Origin: an uncultured virus (IMG/VR IMGVR_UViG_3300020294_000003)
Lineage: Duplodnaviria > Heunggongvirae > Uroviricota > Caudoviricetes
IMG/VR virus record: IMGVR_UViG_3300020294_000003
DNA length: 20,000 bases
Reading direction: 5' to 3' (one strand)
This document shows positions 17,330 to 20,000 of the stretch, piece by piece. Position numbers and translations under genes: made by a program. The notes beneath the pieces were generated by a model that did not search any database, was not told the origin of the DNA, and saw only the letters and a list, made by a program, of their open reading frames with translations. How positions within the stretch are numbered: the first letter of the stretch is position 1; each line of letters begins with the position of its first letter.

Positions 17330-17596
17330 ATGAAAAAAATATATGAATATACAACAATAGTTATGTCAGTAGTAGGTACCTTTTGTATGATAGGTGCTGC
17401 TGGTGCGATAGATGGTGGTTACAAAGGTATCCCAATGAATGATGATTGGGCATTATGCTTTGCACTATTCTTAATAGGTGTTGCTAGTTTTATATTAGCA
17501 CTCTATTCGCAAGTATTGTATTCAGAAGCAGACTCAAAGTCTTCTTCATATTACAAAGACTTGACATCTTATTATATAGACGAAGAAATTAAATAA
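17330..17596 (+). CDS. Hypothetical membrane protein with two transmembrane helices (88 aa)
   Basis: TAAGGAG SD; hydrophobic segments IVMSVVGTFCMIGAAGAI and WALCFALFLIGVASFILALY. Confidence 0.8.
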   Translation: MKKIYEYTTIVMSVVGTFCMIGAAGAIDGGYKGIPMNDDWALCFALFLIGVASFILALYSQVLYSEADSKSSSYYKDLTSYYIDEEIK

Positions 17597-17626
17597 TTTA
17601 CGATTACCCTTTAAGGGTTGTTTTTT

Positions 17627-17664
17627 CCCATAAGAGGCTGGAAACCTCTTATGGGTTTTCTTTT
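17627..17664 (+). terminator. Rho-independent terminator closing the plus-strand island
   Basis: Perfect 11-bp stem CCCATAAGAGG / CCTCTTATGGG with a 7-nt loop, followed by TTTTCTTTT, between convergent genes. A smaller ACCCT/AGGGT hairpin with a T-run precedes it at 17606-17626. Confidence 0.85.
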
Positions 17665-17670
17665 ATATGA

Positions 17671-17844
17671 TTAATCTTTATCTTCTTCAGATTCATCATC
17701 ATCTAAATCTTCATCTTCTTCAACTTCAGGTTCAATTTCTAATACTGACTCAATGTTTTCAATTCTAGCGATAATGTCTTCAATTTTTTCATCAAGCTCT
17801 TCAATCTTGTTTTTCTTATCTTCTTCTTTATCGTTATTGAACAT
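17671..17844 (-). CDS. Small highly acidic coiled-coil protein (57 aa)
   Basis: Not in the ORF track. Translates as MFNNDKEEDKKNKIEELDEKIEDIIARIENIESVLEIEPEVEEDEDLDDDESEEDKD. GGAGG SD at 17849-17853 and ATAAATA at 17870-17876. Confidence 0.8.
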   Translation of the reverse strand: MFNNDKEEDKKNKIEELDEKIEDIIARIENIESVLEIEPEVEEDEDLDDDESEEDKD

Positions 17845-17869
17845 ATTGCCTCCGTTCTGTGAACACTAC

Positions 17870-17877
17870 TATTTATT
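17870..17877 (-). promoter_or_regulatory. Late promoter variant AATAAATA
   Basis: ATAAATA core upstream of the SD of the acidic ORF. The surrounding DNA is very AT-rich, so a chance match is possible. Confidence 0.45.
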
Positions 17878-17913
17878 TTATTTTTTTCTCTTTAACAAAA
17901 CTTTAATAAGTTT

Positions 17914-18222
17914 CTATATAGAAAAGGATGTACCACAACCACAAGAACTGGTTGCTTTCGGATTTTTAAATACAAAGGCAGATTCAAAGTCGTCATAATT
18001 ATAATCTAATTCCATACCCATAAGGTATAACTCGTAATCTCTACTGATTAAAAGTATATCATCAACAACAACATCATCTATTCTATCCTCATCATCAAAA
18101 GACCACTCATAATTAAAACCTGCACAACCACCACCTTTAACATCTAGTCTAACATAATTCTTTTTATGTTTTTCTTTTAACTCTCGCAATCTTAATAATG
18201 CGTTATCTTGGATTGTTATCAT
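17914..18222 (-). CDS. iscA: IscA/HesB-family iron-sulfur cluster carrier (102 aa)
   Basis: VRLDVKGGGCAGFNY and F.NPKATSSCGCGTSF, with all three conserved Cys; GGAG SD. Confidence 0.93.
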   Translation of the reverse strand: MITIQDNALLRLRELKEKHKKNYVRLDVKGGGCAGFNYEWSFDDEDRIDDVVVDDILLISRDYELYLMGMELDYNYDDFESAFVFKNPKATSSCGCGTSFSI

Positions 18223-18847
18223 TTATGTCTCCGTAGTGTAAGTATGTCATTATTTGATACTTTGTTCCTTTAATTACTTTTTCGCCTTGATGTGGATGTG
18301 TCCAGAAAGGAGGAAACATTAATAGTCTACCTGCTTTAGGTTTACATTTAATATTATATCTAGGTATACTAGTTTCACCACCTTCTTCTACATCTGACAA
18401 ATACATTATAAAAACTAAAAATCTTTTTGATGATGGTCCTTGACTTCTTATAATATCAACGTGATTTTTAAAAACATCTTTACCATTTGCTTCATACTTT
18501 TTAATTCGTATATTTTCCATATCTATGACAGGTGGAAAATGATGTTCTTCAATATTAACTTCTTTCATAAAGTGCTGTAAGTTTTGTCTTAACACTCTAA
18601 TGTAAGTTTCTTTAATATCTTTAAATTCTTCTTTACCTTCTATATCTAATTCTGTAAAACTTTTTCTATCACTATTAAAGGTATCTGTTTTACTTTGTTC
18701 AAATAAATCTATAACTTTATTACACCATTCTTTTGAAACAACTCTATCATAATATCTAACGCAAGATTCTGTTTTACGTTCAGCAATTAATTGTTTTAAT
18801 TGTCTATTAGATTTTGTTTTAACATCTTCTATTTCACTTAATCTCAT
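18203..18847 (-). CDS. 2OG-Fe(II) oxygenase, prolyl 4-hydroxylase-like (214 aa)
   Basis: HVD motif, FIMYLSDVEEGGET, KPKAGRLLMFPPFWTHPHQG and KY; HxD...H facial triad intact. Confidence 0.92.
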   Translation of the reverse strand: MRLSEIEDVKTKSNRQLKQLIAERKTESCVRYYDRVVSKEWCNKVIDLFEQSKTDTFNSDRKSFTELDIEGKEEFKDIKETYIRVLRQNLQHFMKEVNIEEHHFPPVIDMENIRIKKYEANGKDVFKNHVDIIRSQGPSSKRFLVFIMYLSDVEEGGETSIPRYNIKCKPKAGRLLMFPPFWTHPHQGEKVIKGTKYQIMTYLHYGDINDNNPR

Positions 18848-18861
18848 AATAATATATATCC

Positions 18862-19449
18862 TTATTCTATTAACGTACTAACTAAATGCACCCTTTCAAC
18901 TTCACTACCATTAAAAAAATTATGATACTCCCTATTGTCTGTTATATAAGCAGCGCCATCTGAAGGCATATGAAATGCTGTGTCTTTTATAACCATAACA
19001 TTTCCTACATTTGTTATTATAGGTATATGTAATCTTCTTTCTGGATCTCTATGCCAACTTAAACAACTTCTAGGTGGTTTCATTAAGAAACGCATACGAC
19101 CTATTTTAAAATGTTTTCTAACTAAATTGTAAACATCTTCAACATATGTACCTTTAAACTCTGGACATAATTCAGTATATTTTTCTTCTTGTATTACAGG
19201 ACATCTTTGTTCTTCGTGGTTTGTTTCATCTGGATAAGTCCAATATAAACCACGAACATTACCACCTTGTATAGAGTTTTCATCACCAGGTATTCTATTT
19301 ACACAAATAGCATTAAAATCAAACTTTGTTTTATCGTCTGTTCTAAAACCTAAATGATATTTAAAATCAAGGTATGCTTTACCAAGTCTTTCAACATCAA
19401 TGTTAAGATTTATTCTATCGTGGTATCTAGTGATATGTTCATTTAACAT
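18862..19449 (-). CDS. Aspartyl/asparaginyl beta-hydroxylase-like 2OG-Fe(II) oxygenase (195 aa)
   Basis: GRMRFLMKPPRSCLSWHRD...RLHIPIITN...YHNFFNGSEVERVHLV gives HxD...H plus the 2OG-binding Arg. Confidence 0.85.
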   Translation of the reverse strand: MLNEHITRYHDRINLNIDVERLGKAYLDFKYHLGFRTDDKTKFDFNAICVNRIPGDENSIQGGNVRGLYWTYPDETNHEEQRCPVIQEEKYTELCPEFKGTYVEDVYNLVRKHFKIGRMRFLMKPPRSCLSWHRDPERRLHIPIITNVGNVMVIKDTAFHMPSDGAAYITDNREYHNFFNGSEVERVHLVSTLIE

Positions 19450-19454
19450 ACCAC

Positions 19455-19462
19455 TATTTATA
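19455..19462 (-). promoter_or_regulatory. T4-type late promoter TATAAATA upstream of the oxygenase-oxygenase-iscA cluster
   Basis: Exact match with a 5 nt gap to the ATG at 19449. Confidence 0.8.
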
Positions 19463-19472
19463 CCAACTTGTT

Positions 19473-20000
19473 TTATTCTACTTTAGAGATTGCCTCTTTA
19501 GGATTTGCTAATGGTACTAAACCAAGGTCTTTTAGATAACCTTTTTTACCACTTGCCTTTTTACTTGTAAATTCTTTTACATATTCCTCAATACCAGGTA
19601 TAACACCTATGTGTTGATTTTTTACATAAAAGTATAATGGTCTACTTATTGGATAAGAACCATCTTGTATTGATGATAAAGATATTGTAACACTTTCAAT
19701 TGTATGTGCTTGAACTTTATCTCTACTATTATCATAATAACTAAAACCAAATATACCAAAGTATTCTGGTTCGCCTACAAGTTTATTAATAATCAAAGTA
19801 TCGTTTTCACCTACTTCAATTACAGGTCCATCTTCTCTTAATAGATAACACGCTTTTTTGCCTTGTTCTTTTAAGATACTTTCTGGACATCCTTTTTTCA
19901 TAACTAAACTATTCCAAGCATCCCTTGTACCACTTGTAGCAGGTGGTGTAAGTATTGCTATTTTATAGTCTGGTAAACTAGGATCAATATCTGACCATTT
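19473..20000 (-). CDS. pstS: Phosphate ABC transporter substrate-binding protein PstS, C-terminal part; start lies beyond the right edge
   Basis: The frame stays open from 20000 (KWSDIDPSLPDYKIAILTPPATSGTRDAWNSLVMKKGC...), so the track's Met at 19901 is internal. SGTR, GIFGFSY and GSYPISRPLYFYVK are PstS-family motifs. Confidence 0.9.
   Translation of the reverse strand, partial: KWSDIDPSLPDYKIAILTPPATSGTRDAWNSLVMKKGCPESILKEQGKKACYLLREDGPVIEVGENDTLIINKLVGEPEYFGIFGFSYYDNSRDKVQAHTIESVTISLSSIQDGSYPISRPLYFYVKNQHIGVIPGIEEYVKEFTSKKASGKKGYLKDLGLVPLANPKEAISKVE

Noticed and set aside
17561..17566. Perfect TTGACA -35 hexamer
   Set aside because: No acceptable -10 at 16-18 bp spacing, and it points straight into the terminator.
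17854..17864. GTTC-tgt-GAAC inverted repeat next to the acidic ORF's SD
   Set aside because: Only a 4-bp stem; the orientation and spacing match no LexA consensus I know, so chance is likely.
17753..17998. Plus-strand 81-aa Ser/Phe-rich ORF
   Set aside because: Antisense to iscA and the acidic ORF, and downstream of the plus-strand terminator.
19473..19901. 142-aa ORF as a standalone protein or pstS pseudogene
   Set aside because: The frame stays open to the window edge with PstS motifs, so the truncation is an artefact of the window.
1..20000. CRISPR array, tRNA, intron/intein, integrase or stop-codon recoding
   Set aside because: By eye I saw no regularly spaced repeats, cloverleaf, interrupted genes or recombinase motifs, and genes tile densely under the standard code. 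tRNAscan-SE or Infernal would be needed to fully exclude small RNAs.

Overview
This is an AT-rich segment of a T4-like marine myophage genome. The host is most likely alphaproteobacterial (SAR11/Pelagibacter-type), which I infer from the PstS type and the regulatory motifs. Most of the window is a minus-strand late structural module: PAAR spike tip, gp25, gp6, gp7-like, a gp9/gp10-like fibre ending in a cupredoxin-like domain, gp8, a 2031-aa DUF4815/VrlC-like protein and further virion proteins, several preceded by gp55-type TATAAATA promoters. The right end carries auxiliary genes: partial pstS, two 2OG-Fe(II) oxygenases and an IscA/HesB protein. Between these blocks lies a self-contained plus-strand island of three unknown genes with its own sigma70 promoter and terminator. 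Its upstream region holds an exact alphaproteobacterial LexA box (GAAC-N7-GAAC) and a cluster of YGAKTCG (CcrM/GcrA-type) motifs, suggesting phage genes wired to host SOS and methylation regulators. Four coding regions were missed or truncated by the ORF track: the 1..405 gene, a 56-aa Cys/His-rich protein, a 57-aa hyper-acidic protein and the upstream part of pstS.
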